IMG/VR virus record: IMGVR_UViG_3300021387_000357
Location: 18,768 to 82,767 of that record
DNA from: a virus
Taxonomy: Duplodnaviria; Caudoviricetes
Length of the DNA: 64,000 nt
Reading direction: 5' to 3' (one strand)
Part shown: positions 10,388 through 19,086 of the stretch, piece after piece
Layout of the letters: every line of letters begins with the position of its first letter
Position numbering within the stretch: the first letter of the stretch is position 1
The notes under the pieces: model-generated
Seen by the model: only the letters and a program-made list of their open reading frames with translations
Told to the model about the DNA's origin: nothing
Database searches by the model: none
Translations under genes and position numbers: made by a program

Positions 10388-11068
10388 ATGTACTCTATTG
10401 TTAATGAAAAATATTATAAGCTTTATGATGCAAAAGTTCATGAATTTATTGATTATTTTTATTCAAAAGATGAATTAATAAATTTTATTGCTAAATGGTA
10501 TCGTATTAGTGAATGGGTAGACAATTTCTTTAGGTATCATAAAAGTGTAAATAATTCTTTTATTGAACAGTGTACTTGTGATGTAAATGAATTATTCAAA
10601 AGCAGTTGGGATCAGTATTACAGATGTTATATTCTTTATGATAATTTTGATAGAATTATCAATGTTCACGATTTTGAATCGGATGCTTTAAAGTTATATC
10701 AAAATTGGAAAGCAAAAGATAAGATTAATACATATAGTTGGTCATTTTTTACATGGAGATTATGGAGACGTCGTTTAAAATCTCATAAATATGAGTTCTT
10801 GAGAAGGATGAATTCTAATTATAGATATAGAAAAGATCCAGTTCCTCATACACGAAAACGGCGCGGCGGTCCGAGCCATTCTTCTCCGCACACTGTAAAA
10901 CTTATAAAAATATATAAAAATCCTGAATATAAAACATTTAATCGCGGTTCTATTCATAATATTCCAACTTGGTGGGATGATAGAACTAGATGTGTTCAAC
11001 GCTCTTGGAAAGAGCAATCAAAAGCTAGACATCAATGGCAAAGAAAAAAATTAGGACAAGTTTTGTAA
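10388..11068 (+). CDS. hypothetical protein with basic C-terminus
   Basis: AAGGTG RBS; R/K-rich C-terminal half. Confidence 0.7.
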   Translation: MYSIVNEKYYKLYDAKVHEFIDYFYSKDELINFIAKWYRISEWVDNFFRYHKSVNNSFIEQCTCDVNELFKSSWDQYYRCYILYDNFDRIINVHDFESDALKLYQNWKAKDKINTYSWSFFTWRLWRRRLKSHKYEFLRRMNSNYRYRKDPVPHTRKRRGGPSHSSPHTVKLIKIYKNPEYKTFNRGSIHNIPTWWDDRTRCVQRSWKEQSKARHQWQRKKLGQVL

Positions 11069-11091
11069 AATGAATTAATTAAATTTTAAAT
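11054..11091 (+). promoter_or_regulatory. putative late promoter GGWCRA-N24-TTTTW
   Basis: GGACAA-24 nt-TTTTAAAT at the head of the tRNA cluster. Confidence 0.5.
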
Positions 11092-11240
11092 AAGAGTAGT
11101 CTTCTGAAACATCTATTGATTTTTAATAAAAATTTTGATATAATATATACATAAGATAAAGAGAATATGATTGTTTCAGAGGTTAAAGTTGCTTTTGCGG
11201 GGGTTGAGTCAAGCGCCGATTCCCGCAAAAAACAAAAAAC

Positions 11241-11269
11241 TTGAAGATTTTAAAAATTTTTGATATAAT
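11241..11269 (+). promoter_or_regulatory. sigma70-like promoter driving the tRNA/ncRNA cluster
   Basis: TTGAAG-N17-TATAAT directly upstream of ncRNA copy 1. Confidence 0.8.
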
Positions 11270-11284
11270 ATATATACAAAGTTA

Positions 11285-11445
11285 AAGACAGTAAAAACAG
11301 CAAATATAAATTAATTCAGATGAATTCTTGTTTAATTAAACACTTTTTTGATGGAAGGTTAAGTAAAAGGATTAAAATTTTATTTGTTTTAATTTTATAT
11401 AATCGCCTAAATTATGGGAAAATAAAAAAGGAACTTACTGTCTTG
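11285..11445 (+). ncRNA. ACAGCAA-stem ncRNA copy 1 (Y RNA-like candidate)
   Basis: AAGACAGT/ACTGTCTT 8-bp closing stem followed by ACAGCAA; starts just after promoter 11241-11269, ends 4 nt before tRNA-Asn. Confidence 0.6.
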
Positions 11446-11449
11446 TTGA

Positions 11450-11523
11450 GGATTGGTAGCTCAGTTGGTTAGAGCGCGCGCCTGTTAAGCGTGATGTCGC
11501 GAGTTCAAGTCTCGCCCTTTCCG
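11450..11523 (+). tRNA. trnN: tRNA-Asn(GTT)
   Basis: Cloverleaf, loop CT-GTT-AA, T-loop TTCAAGT; two T-T mismatches in acceptor stem. Confidence 0.8.
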
Positions 11524-11714
11524 CTCATGGTTTGAAATTTATCCATTTGTCAAAAAAAATTTCTAAGTTTTGAGTATGAAACCGCTTTCATGATTGGATA
11601 AAGTCAAGAAATCATGTGCTTGTAAGTTAAAGGAACTTACCCGTCGATCAGCGGCAGAGTGATTGGGGCTGCGGGAGCCCAGAAAAGTACGAAGGGTGAC
11701 GCCATCCGCAATAA

Positions 11715-11788
11715 GCCGCTGTAGCCGAATTGGCATAGGCGCTAGTCCTAGGAACTAGAATTTGAGGGTTCGAATCCCCCCAGCGGTA
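11715..11788 (+). tRNA. trnL: tRNA-Leu(TAG), short variable arm, C33
   Basis: GCCGCTG/CAGCGGT acceptor; CTAGT/ACTAG stem, loop CC-TAG-GA. Confidence 0.75.
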
Positions 11789-12014
11789 TTTAGTGTTCGT
11801 TCAAGAACTTAACACTTAAAACTTCAGTTCTTGTGACTTTGGAGATTGCTTGCAAGATCCTCACCAGTTTAATAAGAACTTAAAGATGGCGAAAGCCTTT
11901 AGCTGAGAGTGTTTTTGGGAGGTTTTTGACCGTACCATTACTGAGGAAGAAAAACTGACATCTCATGAGAGCGCTTTACTAGTGCGTCCCTTAAGGGGGA
12001 AACTAGTAGATTTT

Positions 12015-12088
12015 ACTTCCGAAGAGGAACAAGCAGACTCATCCGCCTGTCACGCGGAAGATAGCGGGGGCAGCACCCGTCGGGAGTG
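12015..12088 (+). tRNA. trnD: tRNA-Asp(GTC) with atypical T-loop
   Basis: ACTTCCG/CGGGAGT acceptor; loop CT-GTC-AC; T-loop GGCAGCA. Confidence 0.7.
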
Positions 12089-12417
12089 CTTCAAGGAGCG
12101 TAAAGCTTGAATTAACAAGATATGACGTGCCACACGAATTAAATAAGGTGGCGCACGAACGGTAATCATTCCGTGTTTAATGTAGTGGTCTCGTGAGCGA
12201 CGAACGCGGCTCCTAGGGTTTTTTTCGTTTGTACCTAACAGTTCCAAAAACAAACATATATTAGAGGTCTTAACACGGATTTAGCACTTCAACTACCACC
12301 AATCTGCGGGGTATGTGGCATAGCGGAAAAGCCTCTCTAAAAAATAAAAAGCGAAGTAAAGTGCATTCCTCCAGTTTGGCGGAGTTCATCGAGGAGGTAA
12401 ACCTAAACCGCCATTTT

Positions 12418-12491
12418 GCTGAAGTGATGGAACAGGCATACATACCAAGCTCAAACCTTGGGTTTTACGAGTTCAAATCTCGTCTTCAGTA
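12418..12491 (+). tRNA. trnL: tRNA-Leu(CAA), short variable arm
   Basis: GCTGAAG/CTTCAGT acceptor; CCAAG/CTTGG stem, loop CT-CAA-AC. Confidence 0.8.
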
Positions 12492-12664
12492 TTTATCAAT
12501 AAAAGAATGAGGGGAAGCCTAGCGACAGGGGAGGAAGCGATCCAATAAGTCCTCGTAGGCACTAGCAAAACTATAAATTGGTATACATCGTAACCAACAT
12601 CGCGGAAAGTAGTTCTTTTATTGATATTTTTAAAAATTTATATTATAATATAAATATAAAAGAT

Positions 12665-12779
12665 AAGACACATACAGCAAAAATACATTGTAGGTTTAGC
12701 CAAAAGGAAAAGGCATATTTAATTTATTAATACTATTATTGGTTCGAATCCAATAACCCACTCACATGTAAGTGTCTTG
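12665..12779 (+). ncRNA. ACAGCAA-stem ncRNA copy 2 with internal tRNA-like D and T arms
   Basis: AAGACAC/GTGTCTT stem, ACAGCAA, D-like AGCCAAAAGGAAAAGGC, T-arm TATTGG-TTCGAAT-CCAATA. Confidence 0.7.
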
Positions 12780-12785
12780 ATTTTT

Positions 12786-12858
12786 GGCCCCGTCGACAAG
12801 CGGTCTAAGTCGTCGCCCTTTCACGGCGGAATCGTGGGTTCAAATCCCGCCGGGGTCA
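12786..12858 (+). tRNA. trnE: tRNA-Glu(TTC)
   Basis: GGCCCCG/CGGGGTC acceptor; loop CT-TTC-AC. Confidence 0.92.
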
Positions 12859-12990
12859 TTTAAATTATAATTCAATTTAATATATAATAAATAGTGGTGC
12901 CATGAGACGGGTATCTGGCTTAATTCTCCCCCGCAAGTACGCGCGAATGAAATTCTTGGAACATAGCCATTACTTATTATATAATATTTT

Positions 12991-13063
12991 GGTTTCTTCG
13001 ACTAATTGGTAAGTCAATAGCCTATCACAGCTAATTTTGTGAGTTCGAATCTCTCAGAAACCA
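12991..13063 (+). tRNA. atypical tRNA with 8-nt anticodon loop CTATCACA (ATC if read at 34-36)
   Basis: GGTTTCT/AGAAACC acceptor, normal D and T arms; TAGC/GCTA anticodon stem. Confidence 0.6.
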
Positions 13064-13065
13064 AT

Positions 13066-13139
13066 TGCGAGATAGAGCAGTCTGGTAGCTCATCAGTCTC
13101 ATAAACTGAAGGTCGAAGGTTCAAGTCCTTCTCTCGCCA
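13066..13139 (+). tRNA. trnM: tRNA-Met(CAT), 1:72 mismatch (initiator-like)
   Basis: TGCGAGA/TCTCGCC acceptor with T1-C72 mismatch; loop CT-CAT-AA. Confidence 0.8.
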
Positions 13140-13144
13140 TTTAT

Positions 13145-13234
13145 CTAACAATAGTTTAAGTATGGTGCCAAAAATAAATCCATAGGAAAAACACCTCGCG
13201 CAAGGAGATAATAGTTCAAATCTATTTTGTTAGG
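13145..13234 (+). tRNA. degenerate tRNA-like element (Cys-like GCA) with expanded D-loop
   Basis: CTAACAA/TTGTTAG acceptor; T-arm AATAG-TTCAAAT-CTATT; TATGG/CCATA hairpin inserted in D-loop. Confidence 0.45.
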
Positions 13235-13238
13235 TTAA

Positions 13239-13312
13239 GGCCCGGTAGTGGAGCGGTTTAACACAGCTGACTCTAAATCAGCGGAACCTGGGTTCGAACC
13301 CCAGTCGGGTCC
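13239..13312 (+). tRNA. amber suppressor tRNA, anticodon CTA
   Basis: GGCCCGG/TCGGGTC acceptor; GCTGA/TCAGC stem, loop CT-CTA-AA; T-arm CTGGG-TTCGAAC-CCCAG. Confidence 0.92.
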
Positions 13313-13545
13313 CCTCGATAAACATAATCTTTACGCAGATATGTATTATCAAAAAGTTTTTTACCTTTTGTTCTTTAAAAACGTAAAGGTGACTAAAGAA
13401 GTCAAAATGCACTTCTTCCCCTGCTTGGGGTGAAAAGTGGTTATTTAATGATTCCTGCCAGAAGACGAATCATTACCCTCCGATGCGTAAAAAGGATAGA
13501 GGGTGCGAATATCTATCTTGTATAGTGTATCGGAACTATACATTT

Positions 13546-13619
13546 GGAACCTTAGTTCAGTTGGTTAGAGCAATCCCCTCATAAGGGATCGGTCCTTGGT
13601 TCAAATCCAAGAGGTTCCA
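13546..13619 (+). tRNA. tRNA(CAT), elongator Met or Ile2
   Basis: GGAACCT/AGGTTCC acceptor; loop CT-CAT-AA. Confidence 0.85.
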
Positions 13620-13924
13620 TTTAATGATGGCTGAAAGTTTGGAGTATTAACGAAAACCATATAAGTAAACAATATAGAGCTTTTATGCCCCCAATCAGTG
13701 AAAAAAGGATAATAGATGTAGCAAGCTGTGATGCTCAGATACTATAATAGAGGGGTTTGGTATAACATAAAAATCTTCGCCCCAAAGATCTGATTAGAAA
13801 ATAATAAGAGATTGGACATAACAGTAATTGAGTGATACGAATATGAAGGACATGAAGTTAAAAGTAGCCAATAAGTGAACATGCTCTGAGAAATCTAATA
13901 TAGTTCTATCATTAATTTTTAGCT

Positions 13925-13999
13925 GCTCTTCTGGCGCAATTGGTAGCGCACGGCACTTGTAATGCTGAGGTTGATAGGGTTCGAGTCCCTCGGGGAGCT
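13925..13999 (+). tRNA. trnT: tRNA-Thr(TGT)
   Basis: GCTCTTC/GGGGAGC acceptor; loop CT-TGT-AA; bulged T-stem. Confidence 0.8.
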
Positions 14000-14001
14000 T
14001 T

Positions 14002-14088
14002 AAGATGCATACAGCAATTATTTCAAGGTTAAAACAAAAAATCTGAAAAATTTTTAGTGAGAAAGTTCAAATCTTTCATTGCATCTTG
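14002..14088 (+). ncRNA. ACAGCAA-stem ncRNA copy 3
   Basis: AAGATGCA/TGCATCTT stem, ACAGCAA, internal anticodon-like loop CT-GAA-AA and T-arm GAAAG-TTCAAAT-CTTTC. Confidence 0.7.
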
Positions 14089-14299
14089 TTATTATAAAAA
14101 TTCTAATTCTCAACCAAATAATCAGGAACTTTTCTAAACAGCCCGCCTGATGGCGTGAGAATTTTATGGACGCGTGATGGAATGGGTATACATACGGGAC
14201 TTTTACTTAGCAACATAAAAAGAGCCTTATGTAGGAAACTATATGAGTGGAGGTGGCTAATTCGGCGAATAGCTAAGAGAACGCCGAGCTAAAATTTTT

Positions 14300-14337
14300 G
14301 GACAAAACTTAAAAATTTAATTAAAATTATTTTAATA
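14300..14337 (+). promoter_or_regulatory. putative late promoter inside the group I intron
   Basis: GGACAA-24 nt-TTTTAATA upstream of the HNH gene. Confidence 0.65.
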
Positions 14338-14373
14338 TAATATAGAAAAAATAATTTTAAGGAGATTTTTAAT

Positions 14374-14808
14374 ATGGCTGAAAAATATACATTAAGTGAA
14401 GTTTTTGTAAAAAATAGTCCTGTCACACAAAAAGTTTTACGAGGATATATTACTAGACACAGTGTAATTCCTTATAAATGTAAAATTTGTGGGTGTGATG
14501 GAAATTGGCAAAATGGACAAATTTCATTATAGTTGCATCATGAAGATGGTGATAATTCTAATAATGAAATTTCAAATCTTTGTTATTTATGTCCTAATTG
14601 TCATGCTCTAACAGATAATTACAGAGGAAGAAATAAAGATATTGATAGTCAAAAATAGCCAACTGTAATTTCATAGGAATAGTTTGTTAATGCTTTAAAA
14701 ATAAAACCAAATATTCGACAAGCATTAATATTCTTAGGACTTGCTCCAAAAGGAGCTAATTATACAAGAGCAAATAACTTAATTGAAAAATATGGCATCC
14801 AAAAATAA
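14374..14808 (+). CDS. intron-encoded HNH homing endonuclease (4 in-frame TAG)
   Basis: AAGGAG RBS; CKIC, L*LHHEDGDNSNNEISNLCYLCPNCH; ends TAA. Confidence 0.82.
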
Positions 14809-15128
14809 ATGTGTAGAGACTATATACCACCTACCTAAGTCAATGATGATATGGTAAAGACATAGTCCAGACTACAACATATTAAAAAGTATATAACGAT
14901 ATTAGTTCAATTGGTAGAACGCACTATCGTTTGGCTTGAAAAAAGTTTAAGTAGTGTAACCTTGGTTCGAATCCATGTAAGTTATATACTTTTTTATATG
15001 GCTATGGTGACATAGAGTAGTAAGAAAATCCCGGGAACGCAAGTTCATGTGGGTTCGACTCCCATCGCGTCCACTATTGATACGATAGAAATATCGTATC
15101 AAATTTTTTTGCAAAAGGAGAGTTTAAA

Positions 15129-16601
15129 ATGAAAAATAAGTTTGTTTAGACAGGCCTCATTGCTTCTATGATTTCAACTATGATGCTTTCAACGGCGTTT
15201 GCCGCAAATCATTGGAGTGATGAGGACGGAACTTGGAAGTATTTTGACAAAAATAATACAGTAATTACTAATAGTTGGGCGAAGTCAGGTGAGAACTGGT
15301 ATTATGTAGACGATCAAGGTAATATGCTTATTGATACTCTATTTGAAGACGATGATAACTATTACTATTTTGATTCTACTGGTGCTATGGTTCGTAACAC
15401 ATGGATTAATTATGAAGATAATTGGTATTATTTTAAAGAAGATGGAAAGGCATATACGACTAAGAAAGATGAACTTACTTCATCAAATTTAAAGACTATT
15501 AATGGTCAAAAGTATGCTTTTGATTCTGAAGGAAAAATGCTTTATGGGTGGATTGATGCTTCTAGCTTGACATCTGTTGATGAAGATGATTCAGATGGAT
15601 GGAAATCCGCAATGTATTATGCTGGTGAAAAAGATGATGGAGCCATTAAAATTGGCTGGTATCAAATTGAAGTAGAAGATGATGATGAATTAAAGGATTA
15701 TTGGTTTTACTTTAAACCAACAGGGAAAAAGTCTTTAGATGAAAAAAAGACTATTAATGGTTCTACATATCGCTTTGATACAGAAGATGGTCATATGTTG
15801 AGTGAATGGGCGGCAACCGCATCTTCTTCAATTGCTTCATCTAGTAATATGACTTATATGAACCCAGATGGTATAATGATTAAGAAAAAGTGGTTTTGGG
15901 CTATTCCAGATGAAGATTATATCCAAGAAGATTATGATAATGATGAATATTCTTGGTGGTATGCTGATAATAGCGGTAAGATTGTAAAGAGTACAATTAA
16001 GAAAATTAATAATAAAAATTATGTTTTTGATGATATGGGACGTATGCTTTATGGTCTTGTAACTTTTGAAGACGATGAATATACCAATAAATCTGGTGAT
16101 ACAGAGTATATTGATATGTCTAGTGACCAAATTAAGGAATTAGATTTTGAAAAACTTTATTATTTTTCAACAGAAGAAGATGGTTCTCGTAAAAATGGTA
16201 CAGTAAAAATTGAACTTGCAGATGATACATACGAATTTTACTTTAAGAATAATGGCGAAGCTGAGAATGGCTATGTTTCTAAAATTAAGAAATTTGTAAA
16301 AAATGGTATTATTCTTGAAGCTAATGCAAGTGAAGGTAAGTTTGCAGGAATTGATGCTGACTACGATGGCGGCTATAAATTAAATAGTGGAACTATTTCC
16401 TATGGAAGCGATATTGCAGAGGGGCAGATCTTAGTTAGTACAAATGGATCAATCGCTAAAAATAAGAACAATGTTAATGATGGTAATGATATTTATATCT
16501 TTACTGATAAAAATGGGGTAGTCCTTTATGCTGGTGAAAAATTAAAGTCAAGAAAAGATGGTTCCATTGAAATTAAGGGAAAGACATACGAAATTGATTA
16601 A
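15129..16601 (+). CDS. secreted cell-wall-binding repeat protein (Lachnospiraceae-type aromatic repeats)
   Basis: AAGGAG RBS before ATG 15129; signal peptide with TAG at codon 7; WYYVDDQGNM, YYYFDSTGAM, WYYFKEDGKA repeats. Confidence 0.8.
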
Positions 16602-16684
16602 TTATTTTACAAAGGGAAGAAAAAATCTTCCCTTTGATTTTTTATAAAAAATTTTATATAATATTATTATAGTTAAGGAGGAAT

Positions 16685-17191
16685 ATGAGAAAATTAATTT
16701 TTATGAGTTTGCTAATGTGTTCTTTAATTGCTATTGACTCAAATGCAGCAAAAAGACGTCATGTATTTTTAAATAAAGAAAGTCGACCATATTATGTAGA
16801 GCCAATTCCAGAGGAAGAACCAATAGAGCAAGGACCTCCTGAAGCTATTGATGGTACTATTAATGAAGTTTATGTTGAAGCTTTAAAAGAACCAGAACCA
16901 ATTTTAGAATCTATTGGAAAATATAAATTAACTTTTTATTGTCCTTGTCGCCAATGCTCAGGTGGATGGGGATATCAAACATCTTCAGGAGCAACTTGTC
17001 AAGAGGGTGTAACTGTAGCGTGTGCAATTCTTCCTCCAGGAACCCAAATTTATATTGAAGGTTATGGAAATAGAGTTGTTCAAGATACTGGCGGCGGAGT
17101 TCGTGGAAAACATATTGATATTTTTATGGAAAGTCACTCTGAATGTTTAAGACATGGAGAAAAATATGCGGAAATTTATCTAGTGAAATAA
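16685..17191 (+). CDS. 3D-domain (double-psi beta barrel) cell wall hydrolase-like protein with signal peptide
   Basis: LTFYCPC...VACAILPPGTQIYIEGYG..VQDTGG..GKHIDIF. Confidence 0.82.
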   Translation: MRKLIFMSLLMCSLIAIDSNAAKRRHVFLNKESRPYYVEPIPEEEPIEQGPPEAIDGTINEVYVEALKEPEPILESIGKYKLTFYCPCRQCSGGWGYQTSSGATCQEGVTVACAILPPGTQIYIEGYGNRVVQDTGGGVRGKHIDIFMESHSECLRHGEKYAEIYLVK

Positions 17192-17280
17192 AAGTTTTTT
17201 GATTTTTAATAAAAATTATATTATAATATTTATATAAGATAAAAAACAAAACAAAATAAAAAGAAAAGGAAGTAAAAATT

Positions 17281-17604
17281 ATGGCAAAGTATAAGTTTAT
17301 TCACAATGGTAAGGAAACTATTTGTATTTCTTCATATGCTAAGAGAACTGTTAAGGGTGTGGCAAAAGCAAATCCCAATGATTCTTATGACAAAGAAAAG
17401 GGTGAACTTCTTGCCAAGGCAAGATGTGATTATAAGGTGGCTTGTAAAAGAGTAAAGAATGCTTCAAATAGACTTCATGAAGCAGAAACTTTTGTAGATG
17501 ATGTAACCACTTATTACAAGAGAATGATGGATTATTATGATGATGCAATGAGTGAGATGACAATGGCAAAAAATAATCTTGAAAGTTTGCTTGAAAGTCT
17601 ATAA
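17281..17604 (+). CDS. hypothetical protein
   Basis: Own promoter 17199-17227; KGVAKANPNDSYD motif. Confidence 0.7.
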   Translation: MAKYKFIHNGKETICISSYAKRTVKGVAKANPNDSYDKEKGELLAKARCDYKVACKRVKNASNRLHEAETFVDDVTTYYKRMMDYYDDAMSEMTMAKNNLESLLESL

Positions 17605-17829
17605 AATTATCTGTTGATTTTTAAAAAATTTTTTGTTATAATATCTTTAGAAAAAGTTAACAATCATATTTGAAAGAGAGGTAGCCATATGTTTACTGTT
17701 ATTTATCTTGATGACTTTAACCGCAAGCACTTGACTGTTGTAAAGAATATGATGGAACTTAAGTTTTTTAAGGATAGGTTTTTCGTTGTTGAATATCATG
17801 TAATTGAAAAGTAACACATAGTGTTACGT

Positions 17830-17902
17830 AGGGATTTAGTGTTAGCGGATAGCACACTGGTCTCCAAAACCAGAAGGATTGGTTCGAATCCAATAGTTCC
17901 TG
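17830..17902 (+). tRNA. trnW: tRNA-Trp(CCA)
   Basis: AGGGATT/AGTTCCT acceptor; loop CT-CCA-AA. Confidence 0.88.
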
Positions 17903-17907
17903 TTTAT

Positions 17908-17993
17908 GGCGCGGTATCGAAGTGGTCATAACGAGGCTGTCTTGAAAACAGCTTGCCTGAAAGGGCACGGGGGTTCAAATCCCTCCCGCGTCG
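17908..17993 (+). tRNA. trnS: tRNA-Ser(TGA)
   Basis: Long variable arm; loop CT-TGA-AA. Confidence 0.9.
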
Positions 17994-18082
17994 CTTCGAG
18001 GTTAATTAGCTACTAACTAAGAACGAGAATGAAACCCAGGAAAACCGCGAAGTATCTCGTTAATCACTACGGCGGTACGCGT

Positions 18083-18172
18083 GGCGTCGTAAACCTAATA
18101 GGTAAGGTAAAGGATTGCTAATCCTTGAGTAATCGAGTAATCGGTGTACTGGTTCAAACCCAGTCGACGTCG
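18083..18172 (+). tRNA. trnS: tRNA-Ser(GCT)
   Basis: Long variable arm; loop TT-GCT-AA. Confidence 0.88.
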
Positions 18173-18524
18173 TTTAAAATAGATAATATAAAGACGTTTA
18201 AGTTGCTTATTATACGGAGAACAAAACACATGGACCCTGGTATTCGCCGAGACCGAGGCGGTGTCATATTCAATATCGGTTAAAGGTATAATTATTATCT
18301 ATTTTAAAATAAAAAAGGAAATTGTTATGATAAAAAAAATTATTCTTTCTAAAAAAGATTCAATTAATTTTATTTCTTCTTTAATTAAGCCTTCAATTAA
18401 CGAAATTAAAATACATAATAATCAAATAAATAAAATTAATAATAATATTGTAATAAATTATAATGATAATGGATTTGAAGCTACTATTGTTGATTTAGAT
18501 TTATCTTTTTTAGATAATTTATCT

Positions 18525-18609
18525 CGGAGAGTAGACCGTTAAAGTAGACGGGTGAGTCTGTAAAACTCATGACCTTGGTCCCGAGTGGGTGCGATTCCCT
18601 CTTCTCCGA
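18525..18609 (+). tRNA. trnY: tRNA-Tyr(GTA) with C1:G72
   Basis: CGGAGAG/TTCTCCG acceptor, A73; loop CT-GTA-AA; long variable arm. Confidence 0.8.
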
Positions 18610-18705
18610 CTTGGGTATTGCTTCCCAAAGGAACACATGTGGAAAATTAAAGTAAAAACTTGTTTTAGTGACAAGAACGTTTCAGTAAAAAACATCTTGT
18701 TAACA

Positions 18706-18781
18706 GGGGCTTGGGACTGCAAGGGGTGGTCATCTGTTTTGCAAACAGAAAATCAGATGGGTTCAATTCCCATAAGCTCCA
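18706..18781 (+). tRNA. trnA: tRNA-Ala(TGC)
   Basis: G3:U70 pair; loop TT-TGC-AA. Confidence 0.85.
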
Positions 18782-19086
18782 TTTAAAATTTTATTTGATT
18801 TTTAATAAAAATTTTAATATAATATATATGTAAGTTAAAGAAAGGAAAATAAAGAAATGACTGTTAGAGAATTGATTCAGACATTACTTTTAGAAGCACC
18901 TGATCTTGATGCGAATATATATATTGAAAGTGAATTAGATGAGATTGAAATGTATAACCATAAAATTCTTAATATTTCATCTCAAGGTTCAAATGATAGT
19001 GTAATAATTGAGATTACAAGATAATAAAATTGTTTTTTTAAAAAATTTTTGATATAATATATAAGTAAGATAAAAAAGGAGAGAAA

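Larger units (their letters stand above)
14203..15024 (+). mobile_element. group I intron (trnL-UAA type) carrying an HNH endonuclease gene
   Basis: Follows exon U, ends in G; GAGCCTT..GGAAAC, AATTCGGCGAA, AACGCCGAGCTAAA, GTGTAGAGACT, AAGACATAGTCC resemble trnL intron IGS and P/Q/R/S elements. Confidence 0.85.
14168..15073 (+). tRNA. trnL: tRNA-Leu(TAA) split by a group I intron (exons 14168-14202 and 15025-15073)
   Basis: Spliced exons give CGGGA-CT-TAA-AA-TCCCG, long variable arm and GGACGCG/CGCGTCC acceptor. Confidence 0.88.

Noticed and set aside
11715-11788. Second amber suppressor (CTA inside loop CCTAGGA)
   Set aside because: With the 5-bp stem CTAGT/ACTAG positions 34-36 are TAG (Leu); CTA would be off-register
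11940-12010. Hammerhead ribozyme (CTGAGGA...GAAAC)
   Set aside because: I could not build stems II and III in the required positions
13239-13312. Suppressor as His-derived because of C73
   Set aside because: The base before G1 is A, so there is no G-1:C73 pair
18667-18700. Seventh, miniature ACAGCAA element (ACAAGA...TCAGTAA...TCTTGT) before tRNA-Ala
   Set aside because: Short stem and a degenerate motif; not enough support to call
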